Source: Phoronis australis
Taxonomy: Eukaryota > Animalia > Phoronida
Reading direction: 5' to 3'
NCBI GenBank assembly: GCA_002633005.1
Contig: NMRA01000451.1
Coordinates: 166,892 to 230,891 of the forward strand
DNA: 64,000 nt
This document shows, in pieces, positions 51,988-64,000 of the stretch. A program made the translations under genes and the position numbers. Position 1 is the first letter of the stretch; each line of letters begins with the position of its first letter. The notes below the pieces were generated by a model. That model was given only the letters and a program-made list of their open reading frames with translations, was not told the DNA's origin and did no database searches.

Positions 51988-54008
51988 CACGCCTGCTGTG
52001 TCGCATTACCCATGATGCTGTCAATGATTAGTGCCACATAACGTCCATGGCAAAGAAATTGGTCACCAAATGAATTGACATAGGTGCAATTGTTGTATAT
52101 ACATTTATCAGACCTTCACGTTTAACCTATTTCCTTTTTAGTGCATTCCCATTAAATCTTAAAAGTTACGGTAGATAACGAGTTTCTACGTGTTTACTTG
52201 TCAAATTTGTGTTTTCATTAAAAGAGGATTCTATATGTTGCATTCCGTTGAGAATAGAGATTGTTTAAGTTAAGCTAATTTGAATAAAACAGAAAAAGGT
52301 GGAACATCGATCTCATACTTGCCACCATGGTTTTGTTTTTGTTAGTAAGTGAACTAAGACGATGAAACTCGGGCGTTGTTAAACGGTTACACCTACTTCA
52401 AATGTCCGACGTTCACCGCACGTTTAATTCAGCGTGGGTCGGTTGAGAGCTTCACTAAAACACATTGGCTTTTGCCGAGCTCAATGTGTTGGTTTTCAGA
52501 TCCCAAAAATGTGAAAAGGATTTAGGCGGGCCCTCTGGTTTATATTTTTACGGTTATTTGAAAACAAATGTGACGTCGGAATCTTTATGGCTTAAAAAGG
52601 CTTTAGAGACTTTCGAGTTCGGTGACCTGCAGGTCGTGTTATAGTAGTGACTTGCAAACAGGAAGAACCCGGATGAAGAATTACAGTGGATCCCCTTTAG
52701 TTCACAATAATTTTCTTCAAAGGAGTTGAAACGGCGTTATCCTAGCAGCGGTCAGTAAGAAGCTACATTGTTTAAGGGGTCGGTATGCAAAATTATTGAC
52801 TCCGAAATATTGGTTGTTGGTGGGTTTAGGATATAACTACATAGTATGTCCAAATCATATGATATTACTTGTTGTTTTACGTCATTTTGTGTCCAGTTGG
52901 AGATGGAAATATGTTGCTTCTTAACATCAACTTGGGAATTGTTGAGCGTTTTTGTTCTTTCTGAGCAGGTGAGCAGAAAGGCGCAAAGCAAAAAGGATTC
53001 TGTTAAACTCGCAAGAGAATTTAGTCAAAAGTCATCATAAAAGTTATTTCATTACACCTTGATTTTTAGCTGAAAGAACACGGGCAAACAAACTATATGA
53101 ACTCATGTGCCACTTTTAACATTCGATAAAAACCCATTTCGTCGTATTTATGAGATTCAGAGCAACGTTACATTAGAAAAAATCTTGGACAACTTGTCAA
53201 CGGTGATAATTTCACTGGTGTAATTCCGTCGATATATTTTATCCCTGGGGAGCCAACCCATTTTCTTCAATTAATGGTTTGCAAGTAACATAAAGTGAAC
53301 CTTTGATTTGATGAGTTAAGACAAATACGTCGACTATTGTCGTATTGGTTTAGAGATCGACTTACCAGACGCCTGAAGGCAGAATTGATCTAGTAATTGT
53401 ATGGATAATTTGTGCCACAGTCTTATAAACAACCGACGCGATATGTTTTCTGGTTTCGAGGGAAGATATGATCTGATCCCTGAGAAATTGACATTCTTTA
53501 GATATTTGAGTCACTCGCATCAAGAAATTTTTGAAATATAATTTACCCGCACTCAGTCATACTTTAAGTGTTCTTAACTATCTGACGAGTAATTGTGAGT
53601 TTTCTCCCGTGTTATGACCCTTTCGGTTAATGGAATAAATGTGTTACACTATGCTTCGAAACCAGTCGACGTAACATCATGAAACCACTTTAACTCAGTC
53701 TAATTGCACTTAGCTGGATTTTACATAATAAAGCTATGGTAATTGCAATTCGACCACTCAATCTTTGAAGCTTGCCAACTGTTACTGTTCGGGGTCATGT
53801 TTGGTCCCTTGGGTTTGAGCGATCACACCTCACTCTACTGCTTAAGACAACACCAGCGTGAATTACATAACTCGTATCGCCTGCAAAAAGCCTTCGCAAA
53901 ATAAGTAGTTCACTTTCCACCGATGGGTCACTAGAGCGCAACTGTCCCGTGAAACCTGTACGCGCGTTGTTTGGTGGTATTTTGTGCTTTAAACGTAACG
54001 TCTCTCTC

Positions 54009-54060
54009 TGACGTCACGTGGGCAGGGCAGACCACTCATTGGTCGACTTTTCTGGCCAAT
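54009..54060. promoter_or_regulatory. Clustered CRE, E-box and two CCAAT boxes
   Basis: TGACGTCA overlapping CACGTG, then ATTGG (54038) and CCAAT (54056). Confidence 0.4.
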
Positions 54061-56856
54061 GAAAGTTCAGAAACAAATGGGTTTGTTCAGAACACTTTTA
54101 TCAACCCCATTTAATACGATTTTTAGTTACGAAATTAAGCGCACTGCATGATCTATGTTGTGTCTCGGGTACGAACGAAGGAAATTCCACCTGATTTAGC
54201 CCGATCACCTGATTGTATGCGGGTTTTTTTGTTTTTGTATGATGTGTTGTGCTTAAAGCTTTCTTACGAGCATTACCGGGTACACCGACTCACCAGGAGG
54301 CGACACCGTCTCGTCCACGAGTCGGCTAACCAAGACCTGCCAGTCAATATGTCGTGGGAATCGACATTTCGTGACTACGCTGAGGAATAGTTCGGCAAAC
54401 AACAATTTTATGTATTAACGAGAACGGGAAGCAGTAGAAATGAAACGCGGTTCTCAAAAGCACAAACGTTCAATTGATGTTGCTTTTAAGGCTCGATATT
54501 AGATTATAATATCATATTTCTTCGTCTGAACTTATCCTTCTTGACAGAAGGGATAGACTCTCATGGCAGGAAGAAAAGTCCTGTGGTTGAGGCTATCAAG
54601 TTAGTCATAGTTTTTAGAAAGTAAGCGAGGGTTTCAGAACATCGCGGTTTGGTGTGGTAGAAATATTGCAGCACTTATGCCTGTCTCTGAGAGATCCCCT
54701 AACCGATAATTTTCACATGACAAAGAAGAACAGGTCTTGTAAATGACATCAGTCTAGTTAAGAATCTGACAATAACCGAGGTAACAGAAAAAATCGCAGG
54801 TAAAAGACGATGTTCCACATTCTTTACTCAAAAGTATCCTAACTGGTTTGTTGCATGAAAAGTGAGTTAAGTTTTAAGTCAGAAACAAGTTTGGTGTTAC
54901 TCTTCACACCACTATTTCTGAAAAATATTGAAGTCTCACTTAAAAAATTACAAAGTGTCTGAGAATACATCGATAACTGCTAGTTACTCAGGTTATTCGT
55001 ATAAATTAGTATCTAGACTGGGATGTGCTAAACATTATGTAACATTTATTTAGTAGTTAAGCGGGAGCGTGGCAAAATTCTTGAATCTGTTTTCATGAGA
55101 CAACGAATAGCCCCCCTCCCCCAAGAAGATGGAGGTAAAACGAAACTGGCTGAGTGGTGACTGAGGCAAGAGTGGAGTTTACGAGTGTGGGGGTGCGGGG
55201 AGTGTACTCCGGACCTCTTTCTATGGCTATGTGTGTCTATGTACATATTGTTGGTATATTTTGAGCGGTGTGGTACAATGAGCAACTGTTTGAGCATTTG
55301 ATGCCTAACCAGTTCTCACTTGAAAATGACCCAGAATTAATGAAACGAAACGTTGTGCTTCACCCGAAAATTGCTATGTTATCACATCAGTCGGCTGAAC
55401 CGCTTGAGTGACAAGAGGTCAATCTCCGTAATCATTTACGTCATGTTACTGTCGTAAGTTAGCTCTCCTGGTGGCATACGTCATTCAATCCCATCTTAGT
55501 ATGTTTCTGTCTTTCTTCGGCCTATTTCAAAAGGCACTAGTCAGGTATTTCTGCAACTGTGCAAGTGAGTGGCGACGTTACGCCAAACAGTTCTAGATCT
55601 GAAACAAACGAGTTCGTGTTTCTCGAAACTAAAACTGTCATTTCTTTTGCAGTTATTTGGGGTCATTTGAAGACAATAACGTGAGTACCATAAACAAAAG
55701 TTATGATTCTGTCAGACCATTATTTGATGCAGTACTGACTAAAGCTTCCTCGAGGGGTGCGAGGCGACTGGCACATGACAGTCGTTCGTGCTACATTAGC
55801 CAAGTGTCTTCCACTTAACGACTCATGTAACGGAAAACAATTATTCTGGTTATCATTGACGTTTATCTGGGTCTTTTTTCTCAAGTGTTTTCCCTCGACA
55901 TTAATCGTTATCGGATTTTCATTGATATGTCATGTACAGAATTAATTAATCAATTTCTAACAACTTGGGTATTCATGAACTTTAGCACAAACTACAACAT
56001 ACAGGTTGCTTTAGTCAGATTTTGTGGTTGTACGTTCTTCTCCCCATAGAGTGTATTTATTTCCTTTTTTTGATATCCCCAAAATGTTTAATGTAAATTT
56101 CAATATCAAAATCATGCAAGTTACATGTAACTATATCAAAAAATAAAACTGTCTGGAATTAATGAGTATGAAAACAACAGTGTCTCAACCAATGTATCGA
56201 TTTACGGTTGCGAGTGATTAACAATGCCATCGTGATTTGTTGTTTGCATGTTTTGGTGGTTTTGTGAAATTTAAGTTTGCATGTTGTTTTATTTATTCCA
56301 TCCCCTCCACAGATGTTGTTGGTGCTCGTGATCCCCTTACTCAACCCTCAGCTCCGCCTAGCGACTCAACATAACGTTGGTGTTATGACGTAAGTCTAAA
56401 CTCATTGACATTCTTGACATGTCATTCAAATGTTTATTATAGAATGAACATCGTGTGCAACCATTACCTGCATGCCGCATTAGGCTCAACGAAGCATAAA
56501 ATCGAGTTGGTGTTTTTATCATGAGCGACTTTAAGATTTTTAACTCGGTCGTGAACTCATTGAAAAACAGGGACGCTCATCAATTTCAGTTCGTCGATTG
56601 CTACAAATACTCAGTTTTGCGTACTGCTTCCATATATCAAACTTTTACACGTTTTATTCTCTTTGATCTAACATTTATATTGTTTTCACGAAAGAAGCCA
56701 GCGCTTTTCGTGAAGCCGTGTGTGAGCTCATTTGGGAATAGTGTGCCGTTTTCAAAACTCATTTTCCTCACTGTGTTTTGCACATAAGTGCATGAGCTTA
56801 AACTATAGCACTCAGGTGTCCACTGCACAGGCCCTTGCCTTGAGTGGATGCTTTCC

Positions 56857-56882
56857 CGTGCGTGCGTGCGTGCGTGCGTGAG

Positions 56883-56945
<63 letters not shown>

Positions 56946-56955
56946 ATGCGTGCGT
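56857..56955. repeat. (CGTG)n microsatellite
   Basis: About 24 tandem CGTG units with two interruptions. Confidence 0.98.
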
Positions 56956-59900
56956 TCTTCCGTGCGCTATATTTATCCTCAAAACGTTATGATCGACAGT
57001 TCAGCTCAAATTGAAAACAAGAAACTAAGATACACTCACTTGCATGTACGGATTCATATAATTCAAGTACATCGTTAAACTTGCATCCGCCTAAATTCGA
57101 GTAAAGGCACTGCTTACATTCGCGCCCGTGGGCCTAAATGTAGGCAATTCTTTGCGGACTTATTTCGGACACAGCTGTCAGCTTGCTTTACTAGCAGAGT
57201 TAAAAGGAATATCTGCTTCACAAGCAAAGTGCACGTTGGGTGTTATTTTCAGTCGGGTTGACTCCTTACAGTTATCAGCTTTGACCAGAGCTGTAAATAA
57301 CAAACTCTGTCGGTTGCTATTCTGTGATTTCATATGAAATCCCTAATTCCTCATTGTTTGGACGCTGCGGAAAACTTAATGCCTAACTTCAACGGAATTT
57401 TGTTACTTTAGATGCATTAGGCTAACCAGATAGTCCTAGCAAAGACCAGTAAAATAAGAAAACGCGAGTTCAATCACGCAAGTGTAAGCCCGTCAAATGA
57501 TAAGTGAAGCTGCCTTTTCGTGCCATGTTGCGTCAGATCCCAGCACAAACAGCAAAAGGTTGTATTGAATAGAGGTCTGAATAGAACACCATTGCGTGCA
57601 GATGTTATCCGCAGCTGATTCTCACGGTGACGTAGACAAAAGCAAGCTAATATGCCTAACAGTTCGTTACGTTTCGAAATTTATGGCACTAGTGGGCTAA
57701 AACCGATGATCTTAACATACTGTAGGAACCAAATTTACATGTGTTACCGTTGAAGATTGGCCTTAAGTCTTGCAGGCTCATAAAATCCGTCTCACGATAG
57801 CCCTTGGCGTTATTGCCGGGTTCCAATTCCCATTACCTCAAACAGCATTAGATCCACTATCGACCCAAGAAAACGCTTCGAAGTTTATTACGGCTGACCA
57901 ACGCTAAAATTGAAAACTGTATGTATTGCCTGTGACTTTAGAGATTCCGCAACATGTGAAGTAGCTTTGAGATGTTTTGAGGATCGGGCGCTAAATATGT
58001 AAGGCAGTCAGTTAGTCACCAGGTGGCGAGAGTGTCTTGTCCAAGGGTTGTCTAACCCAGCACTTCCAAACCGCTATTGGAAATCGACGACATTTCGTGA
58101 GTCCGCTCAAAAAATAGTTCTGCAAAGAGACAATTCACGAGCAAGGAAAATAGAAGAAATGAAGTCCAGTTATCAATAGCAGAAACAGTCTCGTGGCATT
58201 GCTTTTGTTGTCCGATATTCCAAAGTAAGCTCATGCGTTTTCGTCCGTAAACATCGGATAATGTGAAAATCCACTGCAGTGATGCATTATGAAGCAAATG
58301 CTTAGGCGGCACCGATAGTTTACAGATAAGCTACGTGTCTAAAGCAGCATATGTATCTGGCCAAACTCCTCAGTAGCGTCACCTGCAGTTTTGCAAAAAC
58401 AAATTAGGCCTTATTACCACTAAATTGTTTCCCTACTGTGAACTAGTAATATTACAAATCCCTTCATTAAAAATAGAAAATGACGGCATAATTTTTTTGA
58501 AAAATTGCATTATTAATGAAAATGTTTTCTTCATATACTGTGGATTTCTTCAAATGCAGAAACTAGTCAAAACGAAACAATAGGCATATTCTACATACAA
58601 CTCTGGCGTTTGAATATCCCACCTCATAACCGTTGCGATTTGACCGAATCTATCGAAAAGAATTTATTAGGAAAACGTTGGAAAATGTACCATTGCATTT
58701 TAAATCTATTAAAGAACGCTTTCCACTCATTACCATTCCACCATCTAGGAAGACGGTGTATTTTAAAATGTCGCCGTTACATCGGAAAAGGCTATTCAGT
58801 CACTACCAAACACATTCGACCTTCGTTGGCGTCGAAGGGTTATTAAGTATTTAGATGCCAGAAGTATGTTAATAATTCCAAGGTGCTGAACGCCTGTGGA
58901 AGAGATGATCCTGGAACTGTAATTTTTCAGTTGTGAGTTTGACTAGATAACAGGAGTTTTCGCATGACATTATTGTCGCAATTGGCAATATTTTGGAACC
59001 TACGGTAAATTACAATTTAGTACAACAGATACCAACGACAAGCGCAGAGGAAGAGATTTCGAGCTTGCTTTCGTCAGTTGAGCCCCTCATCGTTGTCTAG
59101 GGTTCAGATGGCTAATGTCGATCGATTGGTTTGGCCAGTGAGACCATAAATATCATGTCCGTAGAAGAAGAGGTCTTGGCAGACGCTCCTCCATCTCAGT
59201 AATTCATGGATGAAATCTTATTGACTACCTAATGGGGCAAAATTATCGACGACTGGAGGTGAAAATTTAACTTGGGATGCGGGCAAAAATAGTGGCGACG
59301 GTCCATAAAAATTGGTGTACAAGTTTTCAGCTGAATTTTCATTTTGAAATTGAATTTTGAAACCTGGTATATAAATTTAAATTTGAAAGTTTAATGTTTA
59401 TTCCACAATTGCGTTGACTAACGTCTGTGTGTCTTCTCAAATAATCAGCAACATGCACCATTCTGGCCTGAAAATTGATTACTTCATCCGTCACTACTGA
59501 ATCTGTTGCTGGTGTTCAAAAATGGCAAGCATCTGCAGTTCTACATCCAGTGAAGCATTGAAGTTTAACCCAATGAAAAATGCCGCCACTTTTGATAACT
59601 TGGAAGGTCTTCGAAAATATGTCGAAGGGGTGGGGGCTATTTTTCAAACAGTTCCGTATAACTAATAACCATAGAAAAGATCTTCAGATTTCCGCCGGCG
59701 CAATAAGGAAATTTGTAAGGGGACGGAGAATTAGTCGCGACCACACTCCATGGTCGAACATGGTCGTTTGTTTATAACTTAAACCGAAGGTCACTTTGTC
59801 ACCCTCTGGTGGATCGTTATTTCATTTACTGGGAGACTAGGTACTGGATAATTTTTACAGGGGTCACGATAAATTTAGGCCCCGTTAAAACGATAAGATT

Positions 59901-61961
59901 TTAGTTATTTACGTTAAAACACGACTCAAGGGTTATTTTCAATAAGCGTCAGGATTTAATGCCACGTTAGTGACGTTAGTTTTAGCAACATGACTTTAGC
60001 CTTCCTACGTACATGCCTCCTTCTCATACAGCGAGCATTGTGGTAAGAGGTCATTACTATTATATCCAAATTCTTGCAATTCTTTGCCATTTAACCCATT
60101 GACTGCATTCGCAAAAAAGGAAAACTTCCAATGACCAAAGCACAAAACTTCGCGTTTACATATATTTAATCAAAACTAACCTAATGTCTAAGCAATCAGT
60201 AAACTTAATTTTCATAAACTAAAGATTGTCTTGGGATTGAAACGCAAAGAAATACGGGAGCTGATCTATCATTTTATGACATTTTATTCTTTTTAGCACG
60301 TGTCAAGGGGCGAAGTGTAGTGGTCGACTTAATTGGTGGATTCTAAATCTGGTCAGTGCACACTTTTTTACTGCCCGCGATCCAGTGTCCAAGGCAGAAC
60401 AAATTGAGAAGTAAAAACAATAACTGCGACACTCCAATCAGGCCATTGAAACGTAATTATACTATAAATGTACAAACGACCGTTTTCATTATTTTAAAAC
60501 GGAAATAAGTAATCATTTTTATTTCCTTCTCAACACGTTGTGTGTAGTAGGAAATGTCTAGTCAAGTGCAGTAGCCTCGTGGTTTTACTGAAAGCCGTAA
60601 GGTACCTTCTAGTTGTTTGATGATCGTTTTTGGTTCATCCTAATCCAAACAAGGGTTACCGCCAAACACTATTCATGAAGAGGCTTCTGGGCGGGCTCAA
60701 GTCACATTCACTCCATGCATTTATTAAGGCAAGTTTTAGGGTCGATCTAGTGGCGTAGATTTTGGGTTGTCGTGTCCGAGGTGTCGAGAAAATAACGGTG
60801 TCGTCCGGCTCATGTTTTTTGCGCCGCAGTCACCCGTCCGGTTCTCGGCAATTTTTGCACGTTCCTGGATGCTTCCGCTTTCACTCCGCCTTTCCTGCCG
60901 GTTCCGTGCCAACTCGCGGTGCGCTCCTCCTCCCCACTCTCCTGGCTACGCCACTAAATCGGTCTTTACTAGCTACCGCACTTCAACCTGGGTCTCTATA
61001 CTAGTGACAGAGCCTAAAGGGCTCCCCTGGAACAAATACAAAATTAGCAACCGCAGCACCGGTAATGGGTAATCAGTTTTACGTTGAAACTGTCGAATCA
61101 ACAGATCAGTACCAACGATTGGCATTTGGTGAATCTATATTTTCCATTAGTCTATTCGTCTATTCTTGTCATTGAGCGTGCATGCAAAGTGGTTAGAATC
61201 TCATTTTCAAAGACTTTGTGGCACGTACAGCCCACAGCCTAGCATTAACGCGATCCCCGTGGGACGATCTCCAATATCGTCTAGAGCATGAATAGTAACA
61301 AGTGTACCAATGGACGACGGGCGTCGCCCGACAGTCATATGAACGTCTTAGGTTTGACGGAATCGGTAATCAAGATATATATTTAGATATATATTTAATA
61401 ACGCTTCTGGGTACCTGTATTATTCAATCAACGAATTCCTGTCTGGTAAGCCGTTTCTCTGTTTAGATGTATTTTTATCCCGCGTCGCTTTTTGTCAGCA
61501 CCCCGGGATCTACTCACTCAGGTATTTTGTCGGCTTGAACAGTCTATAGACACGGGGCGAGCCATTGAAGTTCTTATTTTTTATATACACACGGACGAAG
61601 TATCGAGATTACAAAGAATAACACACCAGGGGAAGATACTTGTATTTCAAAACATTTGCTGAACTCTCTATTCCGATGTCTTTGAAAGAAGCCATTGCTT
61701 TTATAAATAAAGTCAATCGTATATCTTTTGTGCCCCCTTTCAGATAACGCAACTTACAAATATCTAAAACATCACCTGTCTAACGCTCGACTTCCCACCT
61801 GTAAACGATCAGAATGTAAGAAAACATGGTCGCAATCAGTGGAGCTTCGACGCAAACCTGGAGTTTGTTTAGAGTTCCCGGATCCAATAAACTAGTTTAA
61901 AGAGAAAACACGAACAACGGTTTGTTCAGACCAGCCCGATTTGAAGCATCTTTGTTAAATC

Positions 61962-62062
61962 ACCAATCCGTGCAAGAGAGGTATATAAAACTACACGAGC
62001 GCAGAAGTACCGTAGACTGTTACTAGTGTATCAGACAGTGGCACTGATGACGGGGGGTAAGT
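61962..62062 (+). promoter_or_regulatory. Promoter and first exon of the calexcitin/SCP gene
   Basis: CCAAT (~61963), TATATAAAA (61982-61990) and a GTAAGT donor at 62057. Confidence 0.65.
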
Positions 62063-62397
62063 TATTAAAAGATATAACGGAGGTGATTTAGTAATGACAA
62101 GTCCTGAAATTAAAACGTAGCTGCAACTATCATGGAAATCGTTCATTGCTGTCTGTGCAGCATTTTGCTTATTGGCGTCGTGAAAAGGATTTTCTACTAT
62201 TTTGAGATAGAAAAAAATCCTTTGTAGTCTGGTACATTGAACTGTGATAAAACTGAGATATGAGGCACACCTCCCTTTAACCTTTAGTCTAGACAAACCC
62301 GTGCACCCAGGTGTTTATCTTCCAGTTAAGGAAACTGAACTTACTTAACAAGTGTACTTTTTAGTGAATACTTTTAATTGTTTCTCTTTCAGACAAC

Positions 62398-62458
62398 ATG
62401 CCAGGCCTGGACCCATTTGTGTCAAAGAAGTTGCAGTATATGTATGATGTCTTTTACG
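62398..62458 (+). CDS. Calexcitin / sarcoplasmic calcium-binding protein, first main coding exon
   Basis: Acceptor TTTCTCTTTCAG|ACAAC then ATG; MPGLDPFVSKKLQYMYDVFY(D), donor |GTGAGT, phase 1. Confidence 0.85.
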
Positions 62459-62909
62459 GTGAGTTCTACGATTGCGCATAATAGTTGCGCAAGTTTTGCT
62501 TTTGAAAATAGACGTCTGCCCTTCGCGTGAAAATCCAGATTATTCTAGTTTAAGTGCTGTGATATGGCAAGCCGGTCTAACCAAGAGCTTTGGTGATCTG
62601 CTTCCTTATTTTCTCGTCTATCTTAATTGATATTTTTTTAATCACTTGAGATTAAATGTACCCGTCTCTTTCTAGGAACCTTATATAGTATTTAGCACAC
62701 AGAATTACGCTCGAACCAATTTCAGTTTATGCAGCGCAAGTTCGCAATTCAACTCTAAATTATACACAAGTTTGTACCTTGACTCTTAGATGTTATCAAG
62801 AGGATGAAAATTATCAAAGCTGATTTGTAATTTTACCTGGAGGTGGTGTGTTGAGGTTGTACTTTTGTTTAAGCTTTGGGCCCTAATGCATTTTTATACA
62901 CTATTTCAG

Positions 62910-62962
62910 ACATTAATCGTGACGGAAAGATCTCTTGGGAAGATTTCGAAATTTACATAAAA
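62910..62962 (+). CDS. Calexcitin / SCP, EF-hand 1 exon (gene continues beyond the window)
   Basis: Acceptor ATTTCAG|, then (D)INRDGKISWEDFEIYIK, donor |GTAAGT. Spliced 'FYDINRDGKISWEDF' is a canonical EF-hand matching the calexcitin pattern FYDxNxDGxIxWxDF. Confidence 0.88.
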
Positions 62963-63133
62963 GTAAGTAACCCATATTCCAGTATATGCCAAGAGGAGAG
63001 ATTCCACTTATCGTTAAACCAAGAATTACGTTACACCTTTCAGGATATCGTTTCATACGATAATTACAGTTCAATGTACAATTTATGCTGACCTACTAAG
63101 GTAAACGGCACTCCACCAAGGGTACCTTCACTG

Positions 63134-63571
63134 CAGCCTCGTTCCCTAGCCTCAAGATGGCGCTGATCGCCGTTTAGCCATTAATGGGGCTTGCTAATTG
63201 GGAATGAAATGTGTCAGAATTCTGACACATTTTTACTGAAATTGCCGGAATATCAGTTTTATATAAAACCGAAAACTAGCGGCATATTGCTGCAATTTAT
63301 ATTGCAAAAATGATGTATTTTGATTCGAAAACAGCTTAATTTCTAATTTCTATTAATAAAAAAATATTTAACCTTTTTTTCAGACAATAACCAAAACAAT
63401 GCCTTCTATTTCATGAATGTCAACAACAACGCCTGCGAAAATAATCAAAATCTGCCTTTGTTTTAATGTCGCCAAGGCAGCGGCCAATCATTGCGCAGAA
63501 GGTTATTTCCATAACCAAGACTCAAATGGCTAAACCGATCAGCGCCATCTTGAGGCTTGGGAAAGCGGCTG
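63134..63571. mobile_element. MITE, second copy of the 19415 family, in a calexcitin intron
   Basis: TIRs CAGCCTCGTTCCCTAGCCTCAAGATGGCGCTGATCG / CGATCAGCGCCATCTTGAGGCTTGGGAAAGCGGCTG; CCTTCACTG on both flanks. Confidence 0.88.
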
Positions 63572-64000
63572 GCCTTCACTGGTGCTAATCTCATCTATCT
63601 GCCCCAAATCTTTCAAGATCGCGAAGTATAAAGTTTTTCAGTGCATTGTTGGAAATGCAAACGCAAACGTGAACGTTCGACTGATCATGATATCTCGAGT
63701 TCAAACCACTGTAGTTATTTTACTAACAGCTTCTTTAAACTTTACCCTTTTCATCATTTTGCTTTATTTTACGCTGTTTTTATTCATGTAAATTGCATGG
63801 AAACAATTATTGGGACACATTTGCTGCAATCTACGGGCTGTTATTGCGGCAAATCCCGTAAATTTCATGCGCGCACCCAGGGGGCGGGGGGTTCAGGGGG
63901 CTCGAACTAGCCCCCCCCCTCCCCATTTGGCGAAGTGGGCAAAAAAGGTCCGCATGTGAGAAACAAAAAGTCCGAGAAAATGGGACAAAAGTCCACTAAA

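Noticed and set aside
56848-57078. ORF with (RACV)n
   Set aside because: Translation of the CGTG microsatellite.
43000-61900. Many 60-113 aa ORFs
   Set aside because: Mostly TTG/GTG starts, no recognisable domains and no consistent splice chains; expected by chance.

Overview
This is AT-rich, intron-containing eukaryotic DNA, most likely from a non-vertebrate animal (inferred from the transposon families and genes). The bacterial-style ORF track is mostly noise. Host genes read by hand: (1) a single-exon secreted protein with a VWA-like domain and a degenerate MIDAS (7708-8490, minus); (2) two paralogous five-exon, two-domain cystatin genes (23135-27728 and 32086-38349, minus) inside a head-to-tail segmental duplication (~22.1-31.05 kb and ~31.05-42.84 kb), where copy 2 appears frameshifted and has lost its TATA box; (3) the 5' end of a calexcitin/sarcoplasmic Ca-binding EF-hand gene (from ~62.0 kb, plus). 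The rest is decayed transposons (Sola3-like, pogo-like, DIRS/Ngaro gag-RT plus an open SGNH hydrolase ORF, EnSpm/CACTA-like, Academ-like, CR1/L2-type LINE), several MITEs, a dispersed ~100-bp repeat carrying a CTCF-like motif, and a (CGTG)n microsatellite. No tRNA, rRNA or true CRISPR array was seen. Family assignments rest on remembered motifs, not database searches.
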